Assembly: GCA_027343665.1 (NCBI GenBank)
Contig: DAHWKL010000001.1
Location: 386,278 to 450,277, forward strand
Length of the DNA: 64,000 nt
Origin: an archaeon
Lineage (GTDB): Archaea > Nanobdellota > Nanobdellia > Pacearchaeales > GW2011-AR1
Direction: 5' to 3'
Below the pieces are notes generated by a model that was given only the letters and a program-made list of their open reading frames with translations, made no database searches and had not been told where the DNA came from. Within the stretch, counting starts at the first letter, position 1; each line of letters opens with the position of its first letter. The position numbers and the translations under genes were made by a program. Positions 1 to 9,538 of the stretch are shown in pieces.

Positions 1-40
1 AATTGTAGTCCTGTTTTGCGTCCTTTTCTCATTTCCTTTC

Positions 41-721
41 ATGTATTATATAATAAAGCAAGAGGAGAGAGAAGATGAATACATCGGCGGAGGGATAAAA
101 AGGATATGGAGCGTGCACAAAGATGTGGTTTTCTCGCTCATCTGGTTGTTTTTGGGTTTTGTCGTCGCATTTTCATTTTGGTTCCTTGTCCTGCATGATT
201 CGAATTTGCTAAATGCGCAAATTCAAACTTATTGCTCCATAAACTCTCCCGGACAGGTTTCACAATGCGTAACACAATATTCAACTGGAAAATTTGTGAG
301 TCCGGCAACAGGTGATGTGACAGGACTTGCACAGTTTTCCTCGATTCTGCAGAACAATTTTTATGTAATGATTTTCACTCTTCTGTTTTCCCTTATATTT
401 GGGGCAGGTGCAATATTTATCCTTGCCTGGAATGCGACGGTCATTGCCGGCGCAGTCGGAATATTCACAAACTTCCAAATCATAGACATTCCCTTGGGTC
501 TTCTGAGATACATGATTCATGGCATTCCTGAAATAACTGCATATTTCCTCGCAGCGCTTGCTGGAGGAATACTCGGAACAGGATTGATAAGGAATGGCGT
601 CAATAACCAAAGGTTCCTTCATGTTATAGAAAATGTGATAATATTGATGTCAGCTGCAGTCGCCATATTGATAATAGCTGCATTCATGGAAGTCTATCTC
701 ACACCTCTTCTTTTCGCGTGA
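41..721 (+). CDS. SpoIIM/DUF95-like integral membrane protein
   Basis: 226 aa ORF with an ATG start and multiple TM segments. The motif HGIPEITAYFLAALAGG is typical of the stage II sporulation protein M family. Confidence 0.5.
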   Translation: MYYIIKQEEREDEYIGGGIKRIWSVHKDVVFSLIWLFLGFVVAFSFWFLVLHDSNLLNAQIQTYCSINSPGQVSQCVTQYSTGKFVSPATGDVTGLAQFSSILQNNFYVMIFTLLFSLIFGAGAIFILAWNATVIAGAVGIFTNFQIIDIPLGLLRYMIHGIPEITAYFLAALAGGILGTGLIRNGVNNQRFLHVIENVIILMSAAVAILIIAAFMEVYLTPLLFA

Positions 722-742
722 TTTCATTAGATTTAAAAATAA

Positions 743-1762
743 ATGAAGGTTAGGTTTTTCATGGATGGGTTGACATTTTTAGGGATCCTCTTTATCCCAA
801 TAGTTCTTCTTTCGTTTCTAATAACACTTCTTGTGACTCCTGTTTGGATAAGAAGGGCAAAAAAAGAAAAGTTGACGGGAAAGGATATACATAAAACCAA
901 GAAGATAATGATACCTGAATCCGGCGGAATAGCAGTCCTTGTCGGATTCATAATAGGGGTATTTCTGTACATTGCAATAAAAACTTTCTTCTTCGGCACA
1001 GAAGTGAACCTGATAAATATACTCGGACTACTCTGTGTTTTGTTCTTTGCGGCGATAGTCGGCCTCTTCGATGATCTTCTTGGGTGGAAAAGGGGTCTTA
1101 AAAATTCAACCAGGCTCGCTCTTTTGCTCTTCGCTGCAATTCCTTTGATGGCACTCAATTCTGGTACATCAAATGTTCTTGGAATCAATTTAGGGTTATT
1201 TTATCCTATTTTACTTGTCCCCATAGCGATAATAGGAACAACAGCAACTTTCAATTTCGTCGCGGGTTATAACGGACTTGAATCCAGTCAGGGGATATTA
1301 ATTCTGGGCGCACTTTCGGTTGTAACATTCATAACTGGAAGCTTGTGGCTCACTGTAATCTCCGCCTGCATGGTCGCTTCTCTTGTCGCTTTTTATCTTT
1401 TCAATAAATATCCTGCAAAGGTTTTCCCGGGGGACATAATGACTTACACAGTCGGAGCTTTGATAGGTGCAATGGCAATAATGGGTAACATGGAGAAGAT
1501 AGCACTTTTCTTTTTCATCCCATATATAATCGAAGTTTTCCTGAAGTTAAGAGGCAGACTTCAGAAACAGAGTTTCGGGAAAGTTCAAAAAGACGGAAGC
1601 ATAGAACTGATGTATCCAAAAGTATACAGTCTGACACATGTAGCAATAATAATCCTGAAAAAAATAAAACCTTCACACAAGGCTTATGAATGGGAGATTC
1701 CGCTTGTGATAAATATCTTCCAGATAATTGTAATACTGGTCGGATTCATACTTTTTTTATAA
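743..1762 (+). CDS. Glycosyltransferase family 4 (MraY/WecA/AglH-like) UDP-GlcNAc:dolichyl-phosphate GlcNAc-1-phosphate transferase
   Basis: 339 aa polytopic membrane protein. Motifs FNFVAGYNGLESSQG and FPGDIMTYTVGA are characteristic of polyprenyl-phosphate hexose-1-P transferases. It opens the glycosylation cluster. Confidence 0.75.
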   Translation: MKVRFFMDGLTFLGILFIPIVLLSFLITLLVTPVWIRRAKKEKLTGKDIHKTKKIMIPESGGIAVLVGFIIGVFLYIAIKTFFFGTEVNLINILGLLCVLFFAAIVGLFDDLLGWKRGLKNSTRLALLLFAAIPLMALNSGTSNVLGINLGLFYPILLVPIAIIGTTATFNFVAGYNGLESSQGILILGALSVVTFITGSLWLTVISACMVASLVAFYLFNKYPAKVFPGDIMTYTVGALIGAMAIMGNMEKIALFFFIPYIIEVFLKLRGRLQKQSFGKVQKDGSIELMYPKVYSLTHVAIIILKKIKPSHKAYEWEIPLVINIFQIIVILVGFILFL

Positions 1763-1798
1763 ATCAAGTTTTTTAAATAGAATATCTCTTAATAGATA

Positions 1799-3190
1799 AT
1801 GGCAGATAATTTCTTAAAAAGTGAAGGAAAAGATATAAAGAATGTCCTCTCAAGATTCAAAAAAAGAAATTTCACAGGAGATACAGGACAAGCTATAAAA
1901 AATTCAAGCTATCAGGTAGCTCAGAATATCCTGATGAAAGTTGGGTCCCTGATATTCACAATAATTGTTGCCAGAATATTGCTTCCAGATCTTTTCGGAC
2001 TCTATAGTCTTGCACTTTCGACTATTGTCTTGTTTTCATCTTTCTCTGATTTGGGCATAGGCGGAGCAATGATGACTTTCATACCTAAAATGCTTTCAAG
2101 AAAAAATCCCGAGAAAGCAAAGGGCTATCTGAAAAAATTAATGGTGTGGAAAGTATGGCTCATGGTCTTTTGTTCTCTTGCACTTGTCGGTTTTGCATAT
2201 TTCATATCAAATGACTATTATAATAAACCTATATTCTACGCACTTATTACAGGAGCAGCATATATCCCCCTTGTAGGACTTGAATCATTTTTTGAAAATT
2301 TGTTTAAATTGAATAATGATTTCAAGACACCCACAAAAAAAGAAGGAATATTTCAAGCTGCAAGATTAATACTTGTTCCTTTAGCCGCACTTCTTGTTGT
2401 GACGATCGGGACAACCCCAGACCAGTCTACAGGAATAGTAATATTCTCGCTAAACTTAGCATATTTAATTGATGTCTTGTATATGGCCCTTGTCTCCAAA
2501 AAAAGAATTCCATTCCTGAATTCAAAATCAAGGAATCTGAATGCAAGGGAAACAAAAGGACTGAAAAAATTCTTGACTCCACTGGTGACAATGTCTCTTT
2601 CAGGAGTTTTTTTTGGATATATTGATACTATAATGCTTGGTCATTATGTCAATGCAGAGTATATCTCATATTACAGCGCTGCATTTAACCTTGTAGGCAG
2701 CGCGGCTGCAGTGATAGGATTTGCAGCAACAGCTCTTTTCCCGATCTTCTCAAGAGTAAACGGAAAACGCCTTGAAGAGATTTTCAAAAAATCAATGGGA
2801 TTCACTTTTCTGATCTCTTTTGTAGCCGGCTTAATTTCTTATTTCTTTGCGGAGCTCATAATAGAAATCTCTTATGGTTCTGAATATATAACTTCTACTC
2901 CCATACTTAGATGGTTCAGTATACTCATAATTGTGGTCCCAATGCTAGGACTATATACTAGCTACTTCATATCAAAAAAAAGGACCGGAATAATCGCATG
3001 GCTTCTTATAATGACTACTCTCCTGAACATAATCCTGAATTTCTTCTTCATAACTTATGGATTGCAGTTCAGCCAGCTGGATGCGGTCCTCGGCGCATGC
3101 TTCGCGACAATAATTTCAAGAATGATTTACTTTATTGGGCTATGGATTGCAAAAAAAATTGAACCTATGAAAAAGAAGAAAGGAAATTAA
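1799..3190 (+). CDS. Wzx-like oligosaccharide/polysaccharide flippase (MOP superfamily)
   Basis: 463 aa with about 12-14 TM helices in the usual polysaccharide-biosynthesis-protein layout. It sits in a glycosylation context. Confidence 0.65.
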   Translation: MADNFLKSEGKDIKNVLSRFKKRNFTGDTGQAIKNSSYQVAQNILMKVGSLIFTIIVARILLPDLFGLYSLALSTIVLFSSFSDLGIGGAMMTFIPKMLSRKNPEKAKGYLKKLMVWKVWLMVFCSLALVGFAYFISNDYYNKPIFYALITGAAYIPLVGLESFFENLFKLNNDFKTPTKKEGIFQAARLILVPLAALLVVTIGTTPDQSTGIVIFSLNLAYLIDVLYMALVSKKRIPFLNSKSRNLNARETKGLKKFLTPLVTMSLSGVFFGYIDTIMLGHYVNAEYISYYSAAFNLVGSAAAVIGFAATALFPIFSRVNGKRLEEIFKKSMGFTFLISFVAGLISYFFAELIIEISYGSEYITSTPILRWFSILIIVVPMLGLYTSYFISKKRTGIIAWLLIMTTLLNIILNFFFITYGLQFSQLDAVLGACFATIISRMIYFIGLWIAKKIEPMKKKKGN

Positions 3191-3217
3191 TAAAAAGATA
3201 AGAAAATCATTAAAAGA

Positions 3218-3994
3218 ATGAAAGACAACAAATTGTGGATATTTATACACGCACCAAGAACAGGCGGAACAAGCTTGATAACCTATATTAAACAATCAGT
3301 TCCAAAAGAGGAAGTAATAATCCCCTCTAATATCCGATATGGATTTGAGAGTTCAGATTTTGACAAAAAAAAAGCAAGATTCATTCTTGGTCACGCAACA
3401 TATTATGGGATACATCAAGAATTTCCCGGGAAAAAACCAATGTATTTCACCTTCTTAAGAGATCCTGCAGAAAGAATTGTTTCTTTTTATAATGAAAAAT
3501 TCAAAAATTACCCCCAATCTGAGATTGTACCATTCGAAAAATGGTATAAATCACAACCAAAAAATGAGTTGGTCCGGTTTTACAATTTAAAATTGCAAGG
3601 CTCTGAGTCCTCTCATATAAAAATTCCAAGGATTTTAGCATTTTTTTTGAAATTTATCAGAATTGGATACAAAATGTCTAATTTTTTACAAAGTTCAATC
3701 AGAAAAATTCATCCTTATTCTCAGACAGATAAAGATTTAGAAAATGCAAAGAGGTTTCTAAAAAAATGCCATTTTGTTGCTATAATTGAAAATAGCAAAG
3801 AAGATTCTAAGTTCCTTTTTAAGTTGATGGGAATAAAAGGAATAAAATGGGAGAGATCTTCAACCTACAGTAAAAAAATAATTGAGATCAACAAAAAAAT
3901 AAGGGAAATGGTTTATAGAGATAATCCATTAGATTATAAACTTTATAAGTACGCTTTAGAACTAAACAATATCATTAAAAAAAGGCATAAATAA
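3218..3994 (+). CDS. Sulfotransferase family protein
   Basis: 258 aa. The N-terminal IHAPRTGGTS matches the 5'-PSB loop (h-PKTGGTS) of carbohydrate sulfotransferases, and a later RDPxxR motif (FLRDPAERIVS) is present. Confidence 0.55.
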   Translation: MKDNKLWIFIHAPRTGGTSLITYIKQSVPKEEVIIPSNIRYGFESSDFDKKKARFILGHATYYGIHQEFPGKKPMYFTFLRDPAERIVSFYNEKFKNYPQSEIVPFEKWYKSQPKNELVRFYNLKLQGSESSHIKIPRILAFFLKFIRIGYKMSNFLQSSIRKIHPYSQTDKDLENAKRFLKKCHFVAIIENSKEDSKFLFKLMGIKGIKWERSSTYSKKIIEINKKIREMVYRDNPLDYKLYKYALELNNIIKKRHK

Positions 3995-4000
3995 AAAATT

Positions 4001-4747
4001 TTAAAGATAGATAGTTCTTACGTTTGCTTTAGAAATTTCTTGAATTTTTCCTTTTAGGTTAAATTGTGATTCCACTTCTGAAACTTTTGATTCAAAAAGG
4101 TTTAAATAATTTTTATTGAAATCATTCCTATTTTTTATTATATTATAAACAAAACTTTTTACTTTGAGCAATTTTGCTCTGAGTCTTAAGCTCCTCTCCT
4201 TTTCAGGAAGTTCCAATATGTATTCCAAATCCATTAAATCTGAAAATCTATCCAAGATCTCAGTATTTATAACTTCTTTTCCCGCACCAATAATCCTGCT
4301 TATATGCTCGGTATATCTTTGAGGGAGGTTGATTCCGTCTGGTTCTCTTGAGAGGCTTTTATCTTCTTTTAAAATTTTTAAGCCAGATATTAAATATTTT
4401 TTACCTTTCATGAAAGCTTTCTGTTTAAGTGATTCTTCAGATACATCAGTATCTTCTAGAATATCATGGAGAGAAGCAATAAGCAGGCTATCAAGATCAT
4501 TTTCACTGAATAGATTCATAAGTCTCACCATATAGATAGAATGAAAAACAAGAGGGGTCACCTTATCATTCCTTAGCTTGCCTTTAAAAGAATGAATCAG
4601 AAAGCTGAAAACAGACTTTATAGTTTTACCATATATTGGAATTTGATCGGCTATCCTGTAAGCTTCAAGCAGATTATCTTTCTTTTGAAAACTACTTTTT
4701 ACATTTTGATAATCCTTCTCGATCTCATTTAAACTTGGGAAGGTCAT
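4001..4747 (-). CDS. HD-domain phosphohydrolase, RelA/SpoT (ppGpp-hydrolase / small alarmone hydrolase)-like
   Basis: 248 aa. Motifs are H..(FHSIYMV), ASLHDILEDTDVS (the LHDxxEDT motif of RSH hydrolase domains) and a downstream DRFSDLMDL resembling ADRLHNMR. Its ATG overlaps the stop of the upstream gene (ATGA). Confidence 0.6.
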   Translation of the reverse strand: MTFPSLNEIEKDYQNVKSSFQKKDNLLEAYRIADQIPIYGKTIKSVFSFLIHSFKGKLRNDKVTPLVFHSIYMVRLMNLFSENDLDSLLIASLHDILEDTDVSEESLKQKAFMKGKKYLISGLKILKEDKSLSREPDGINLPQRYTEHISRIIGAGKEVINTEILDRFSDLMDLEYILELPEKERSLRLRAKLLKVKSFVYNIIKNRNDFNKNYLNLFESKVSEVESQFNLKGKIQEISKANVRTIYL

Positions 4748-5289
4748 TTTAAAAGAGATATCAGTTTACTCGATAGATAATGCATTCTTTCCGGTTTAAT
4801 TATAATTTTTTCCACGGGCTCCATCTTTATAAAAGATTTCCCATCTTTGTCAGCATATCTTACGCTATGTTCAAAAGTAGAGTCCACCGTATAGGGTTGT
4901 CCGATCTTGCCCGCCCATGGAAAAATCTTTATATGAAAATGCTCTTCTGGATGTTTAGATTTTCCATAAGTTCCAACACGAATTACCCCTTCATCATTTT
5001 CATAACCACGACTTTCTAAACTCATAATTTCTGTCACGGCTTTACTTATCTTCGAAAAAGCAATTCCATAACTTTTGGCAAGATTTAAACTTTTAGAAAT
5101 TTCAGAGATATGATTTAAGTGATTCACAGGCATTAATTGGACAGTGAAATCTTTCTCAGGATTGCCGCCAGTCTTAGGAGAAAGTGTAGCAAACCAGCCG
5201 TTTTTTTTATAAACTATCACTGCCCCATAAGGCGTTTTTTCACCCAAACCAAGTTTGGACTCAGAACATAAATCACATAATTTCTTCAT
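4744..5289 (-). CDS. HIT-superfamily-like protein (degenerate histidine triad HxHxK)
   Basis: 181 aa. It has an N-terminal CDLC, LMPVNHLNH, and EEHFHIKIFPW in the position of the HxHxHxx triad. There is a 1-nt gap to the upstream gene and a 4-nt overlap with the downstream HD gene. Confidence 0.45.
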   Translation of the reverse strand: MKKLCDLCSESKLGLGEKTPYGAVIVYKKNGWFATLSPKTGGNPEKDFTVQLMPVNHLNHISEISKSLNLAKSYGIAFSKISKAVTEIMSLESRGYENDEGVIRVGTYGKSKHPEEHFHIKIFPWAGKIGQPYTVDSTFEHSVRYADKDGKSFIKMEPVEKIIIKPERMHYLSSKLISLLK

Positions 5290-5290
5290 C

Positions 5291-6379
5291 TTATTTTTTT
5301 ACGACTCTTATATACTCATCGTCTCTTTTTCCGTTGATATGAGAAACAAAATAACCCACAACAATCCGATAATATTTTTCACCGGATTTTCCCGAGACTT
5401 CTTCCACAACCCCTTTAAACTCAATTACTTCTCCGGGGAATGCCAACATACAATAATCTCTTGAGTAAAAAACGACTTTTTCGATGTTTAAATCCCTGCA
5501 GGAGTTATCCCCTTCAATAAATATACATTTTTCAACTTCATAACAGCCGGGCCTTACAACAGAGTTTATATTACCCTTGACAAGAGCTTTAAATTTAGCA
5601 TCCCCTATCTTTTTGTACCTTTCTTCTCCCCACTTGCACCAAGTTTCATCCGGGTTTTCTATCCCAAAAATAACAAATAAGGTATTTCTGAAAAAACCCT
5701 CAGACTTCTTATTATTCATTCTCTCAAGATAATCCTTTTTATCCTGAAGGATATACCTATTTCTTTTTTTATAGAAAGTTTCCCATTCATTGTAAGTTTT
5801 CCATCTCAAATCTTTATGTCTATGCTTTTTTAAAAATTCCATAAGCGCCCAGAAATTTTTCTTTCCATAAACGACTACATTGATATCTGACATGTTTTGA
5901 GAGTAATATCCCATAATTGTTGAGTAAGTCACACCGAAACTATCAAGATTTATTCCACTTTTAAGGAAGAAATTAACAAGGTCTACCACTTTTTTCAAAT
6001 GTTCATCGAGATCTTTATAAGGAAGGGTCATGAGCTCCTTTAAACCTTCCTTTGGCGAATAAATCTTGTCAATGTATTCTTTAGGGATGCTGAAAAAGTG
6101 TAAATCTGGACTATGCACATCACTTTTAAAAATGTAATGGGGATAAGCTCTCGCAAAGTCTTGGAAGTACTTTCGTAAGTTTATCTTATCAATCCAAAGG
6201 TCCAATCGGTTAACTTTCCTTCCAAGGATAAACCTATATGGAAGAGCATCACTCGAAATTTTATCTGTTGGGATGTACTTGGGTTTCACAATTAACCTAC
6301 CTTTTGGATGCTCATTACTGTATACAAGGCATTGCAGTCCATCTTTTGTAGTGATAATTGATGATTCTGGAAAGTACAT
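5291..6379 (-). CDS. Pol-beta-superfamily nucleotidyltransferase with possible C-terminal OB-fold region, paralog 2
   Basis: 362 aa. GVTYSTIMGYYSQNMSDINVVVYG fits the minimal NTase motif. The C-terminal 100 aa are beta-rich and might be an OB fold. It aligns along its whole length with the adjacent 365 aa ORF. Confidence 0.5.
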   Translation of the reverse strand: MYFPESSIITTKDGLQCLVYSNEHPKGRLIVKPKYIPTDKISSDALPYRFILGRKVNRLDLWIDKINLRKYFQDFARAYPHYIFKSDVHSPDLHFFSIPKEYIDKIYSPKEGLKELMTLPYKDLDEHLKKVVDLVNFFLKSGINLDSFGVTYSTIMGYYSQNMSDINVVVYGKKNFWALMEFLKKHRHKDLRWKTYNEWETFYKKRNRYILQDKKDYLERMNNKKSEGFFRNTLFVIFGIENPDETWCKWGEERYKKIGDAKFKALVKGNINSVVRPGCYEVEKCIFIEGDNSCRDLNIEKVVFYSRDYCMLAFPGEVIEFKGVVEEVSGKSGEKYYRIVVGYFVSHINGKRDDEYIRVVKK

Positions 6380-6380
6380 T

Positions 6381-7478
6381 TTAAATCAACGCTTTTATAA
6401 ATTCTTTTTCCCTCCTTTCGTTAAGGTAAGCATCAAAATAACCAACAACAACCCTATAATATTTCTTTCCAATCTTGGGGGTTACAAGCTCAAGAAGACC
6501 ACATGCACTTATCTCTTCTCCCTTGATGGCTTGCTGAACAAAAGGTATCGAGAAAGTGACTATCTTTTTTATTTCAAGTGATGGGTCGAAAGAGTTTATT
6601 CCTTCCATTTTTAGTATTTCCGCATCTTTTATACCATAAAAACCCGGTCTCACATGACTATTATAATGATCTGTTACTTTGCCTTTTACTGTAACAATCC
6701 CGAGAGGCTCATATTTTTCCTCTCCCCATTTGAACCAAGTTTCTCCTGGATCTTCTACAGTGAAAAGGGTGAATACATTGCCCCCAAACATCCCCTCATA
6801 CCTCTTTCTTTTCATATGTTTGATATATTCATCTTCAGTAAAGTGCAAGGACTCAGAAGTTTTATGATCTTTATAATATTCTGACCACTCCTGATCAGTT
6901 TTCCAGTGAAGTTTTTGATGCTCAGCTGTCTTCAGATAGTCCAGGATTTTCCATCCATTATCTTTTCCATAAACAATTACATCTATATCTGACTTCCCAG
7001 GAGTATAATTTCCAAGTAAAGTTGAATGCGTTATACCCATAGATTCTGTCTTCACCCCACTTTTTACCAGGAATTTTATCAGTTCCACGACATTACTCAA
7101 ATAAGAATCCAAATCTTTTCCCGGAACCTTCATCAGTTCCTGAAGACCTTTTCTCGGATCATGAACTTCTTTTATCTTGCTTTTAGGAACAACAAAAAAC
7201 CAATTCCCTGAAGATTTATCCTCATAGATGTAATCAGGAAAATTCTTCTTAAATTGATCGACATAATTTTTAAGTTTGTCTTTTTGAGCGAACAGATTGA
7301 ACCTGATTAGGCACTTCTCAAACAGGAAACGATATTTCAGACCTTCCCCTTTTAGTGCACCTGAAGGGATATACTTAGGTTTTACGATGATGTACCCTTT
7401 AGGATGCTCATTTGAATAAGATTTACATTGAAAACCATCAACAGTATCTATAAGAACAGATTCATAAAAATGTGCCAT
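6381..7478 (-). CDS. Pol-beta-superfamily nucleotidyltransferase with possible C-terminal OB-fold region, paralog 1
   Basis: 365 aa. GITHSTLLGNYTPGKSDIDVIVYG fits hG[GS]x9-13DxD. It is the first gene of a 4-gene minus-strand operon. A TATA-like ATTTTTAT lies about 27-34 nt upstream of the ATG. Confidence 0.5.
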   Translation of the reverse strand: MAHFYESVLIDTVDGFQCKSYSNEHPKGYIIVKPKYIPSGALKGEGLKYRFLFEKCLIRFNLFAQKDKLKNYVDQFKKNFPDYIYEDKSSGNWFFVVPKSKIKEVHDPRKGLQELMKVPGKDLDSYLSNVVELIKFLVKSGVKTESMGITHSTLLGNYTPGKSDIDVIVYGKDNGWKILDYLKTAEHQKLHWKTDQEWSEYYKDHKTSESLHFTEDEYIKHMKRKRYEGMFGGNVFTLFTVEDPGETWFKWGEEKYEPLGIVTVKGKVTDHYNSHVRPGFYGIKDAEILKMEGINSFDPSLEIKKIVTFSIPFVQQAIKGEEISACGLLELVTPKIGKKYYRVVVGYFDAYLNERREKEFIKALI

Positions 7479-7535
7479 TTTTGTATCCCCGGATAAAAAT
7501 AGAACTGAAGATTTCTTTTTAAAGATTATGCCTTT

Positions 7536-8363
7536 TCATTTATTAATACCTTTCACAGCGAGATAATTCTCATCAGAGATCTTGCTGATTTTATATCCAA
7601 TGGGTTCCAAAACTTTTCTTGATTTATCAAGATATTCTCCATTCCAAGCTTCAAAGATTATTTTAGGGTGGAACTTTCTTAGAGTTTTCTTGGCTCCCCT
7701 AAAAACTTCCGATTCGGCACCTTCAACATCTACTTTGATTAAATCGACCCTTTTTAAGTTTAAAATTTTAATAATATTATCTAATCTGTCTGTTTTTACT
7801 CTAATTTCACCCCTTTTTTTTATTGGAGTGTCTTTTATTAGAGAGTGCCCACCATCTCCCGATTTATCCAAATAAAATGTGCATTCTCCCTTGGAATCTG
7901 AACAAGCTAAATTAAGAGGGATAACATTCTTTAATTTATTCAGAAGGATATTCTTTCTTAAAACAGAAAAATTCTTTGGCTCTGGCTCTATGGCAATAAC
8001 TTTTCCATCACCTCTTAATGCTCTTGCTAAAGGTATTGTATGCATACCTCCATTTGCCCCAATATCAATCACAATACCTTCTTTTATCCAAGGTCTTCCC
8101 CTAATATTTGACTCACTAAGAGAACTAAATCCAAACAAGGTGTATTTATTATTCCCACAAAAAAATAGACCATATTTGTTCTTGATTGTAACATTTGATC
8201 TTAGAAGTGGGGAAGAAGTTATATTCCTTAGATGATTAATCAAAAAGAGATCAATCCTCATATAATAGCTTAGTATTGTGAATTTGTCCTTTAATGTATA
8301 AGCCTCACTTATCAAAGTTACCACAAATCTCATTCTCTTAATTAAACGCGACAGCACTTGCAT
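7536..8363 (-). CDS. FkbM-family SAM-dependent methyltransferase
   Basis: 275 aa with IDIGANGGMHT (SAM motif I) and LIKVDVEGAESEVFRGA, typical of the FkbM family. Confidence 0.7.
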   Translation of the reverse strand: MQVLSRLIKRMRFVVTLISEAYTLKDKFTILSYYMRIDLFLINHLRNITSSPLLRSNVTIKNKYGLFFCGNNKYTLFGFSSLSESNIRGRPWIKEGIVIDIGANGGMHTIPLARALRGDGKVIAIEPEPKNFSVLRKNILLNKLKNVIPLNLACSDSKGECTFYLDKSGDGGHSLIKDTPIKKRGEIRVKTDRLDNIIKILNLKRVDLIKVDVEGAESEVFRGAKKTLRKFHPKIIFEAWNGEYLDKSRKVLEPIGYKISKISDENYLAVKGINK

Positions 8364-8407
8364 AGAAAGAAAACCTTAGTTCACTTTATAAATATAATTT
8401 CACTAGA

Positions 8408-9538
8408 ATGCTTATGAAAGTTGCTATGCTTGCTCCAGATGAGAGCTATGAAAAGGGGATTTCGACGTACGCAATAAAATTAATAGAAGCCATAAAAGAA
8501 GAAGGAATTTCTATTGAATCAGTAAAGTACAAAAACAGGAAGCTGTTTTCGCTTTTAAGAGTGATTCCAAATCTTAAGGGATATGACGTAATTCACATAC
8601 ATCATGAGAACAGACTTTTTGGAATCATAGATGGTATCTGGTTTATGCCGTTTATAACCTTATTAAGAATTTTCAGCAGAGCGAAAATAATTATGACCTT
8701 TCACACCGTACATACAAGAGACGAGCAGTTATTTTCTTTACATCCTTTTCTGAATTTTTTAAAGAGAAATTTTACACATCCACTAAATTATATTTTTGCA
8801 AATCTCTTTGCAGATAAATTCATAGTTATGGCACCTTTCTTAAAAGAAAAGTTATCTCAAGCTTCGCCTATAAAAAAAGAAAAGATAGTTTTTATTCCTC
8901 CAGGTATAAATTTTAATACTCCTAAATTTGATAAAAGTAAATCAAAAGAAGAGCTTAATCTAAAAGGATTTGTATATCTAATTATTGGTACCTTAGGACA
9001 GAATAAAGGAGTTGATTTAATTTTAACACAAGCAAAAAAGATTGGAAAGACTATCCTGATTGCAGGAAATTTGGGGGGCTCAAAACAAGGTTATGCTGAA
9101 GAATTGCAGGATTATGTGAAAAAAAATGGACTAAATAAAATTGTGAGGCTTGATCTTATGAATGAAATTCCTTCAAAATCCCCTCCACTTTGGTGGAAAT
9201 ATTTTTCGGCTGCAGATTTGATTCTTTTACCTTATCGTGTAACAACTACAAGCGGAATTTTTATTGACGCGATGAGCTCTGAAAGACCAGTAGTGAGCTC
9301 AAACCTTGATTATTTCCGAGAGATTTCAAAAAATTATGGGTGCATCAAAATTGCAAAAAAAGTTGAAGATTATCCTAAAGTGATAAAAGAAGCATTAAAA
9401 CAGCACAAATTCATGGAAAAAGAAGCCAGGAGATTTAAAAGATTAAATGATATCTCTTTGGTTGGGATGAAGCATAAAGAGTTATATAAAGAAGTAATAA
9501 ATCAAGATAAATCATTACTTAAGAAGAGATTAACATGA
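8408..9538 (+). CDS. Glycosyltransferase family 1 (GT4-type)
   Basis: 376 aa with a GT-B layout; the N-terminus reads MKVAMLAP...GISTY. The stop overlaps the next ATG (ATGA). Confidence 0.6.
   Translation: MLMKVAMLAPDESYEKGISTYAIKLIEAIKEEGISIESVKYKNRKLFSLLRVIPNLKGYDVIHIHHENRLFGIIDGIWFMPFITLLRIFSRAKIIMTFHTVHTRDEQLFSLHPFLNFLKRNFTHPLNYIFANLFADKFIVMAPFLKEKLSQASPIKKEKIVFIPPGINFNTPKFDKSKSKEELNLKGFVYLIIGTLGQNKGVDLILTQAKKIGKTILIAGNLGGSKQGYAEELQDYVKKNGLNKIVRLDLMNEIPSKSPPLWWKYFSAADLILLPYRVTTTSGIFIDAMSSERPVVSSNLDYFREISKNYGCIKIAKKVEDYPKVIKEALKQHKFMEKEARRFKRLNDISLVGMKHKELYKEVINQDKSLLKKRLT

Noticed and set aside
138-1188. Antisense or overlapping track ORFs (138-332, 281-622, 733-1188), and many similar ones throughout the window, for example 4329-4535, 7582-8235, 19762-20394, 22491-23825, 37244-38461, 45255-45722 and 49291-49613.
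   Set aside because: Each lies inside, and antisense or out of frame to, a longer ORF with clear family motifs. Low-complexity translations are expected from AT-rich antisense strands.
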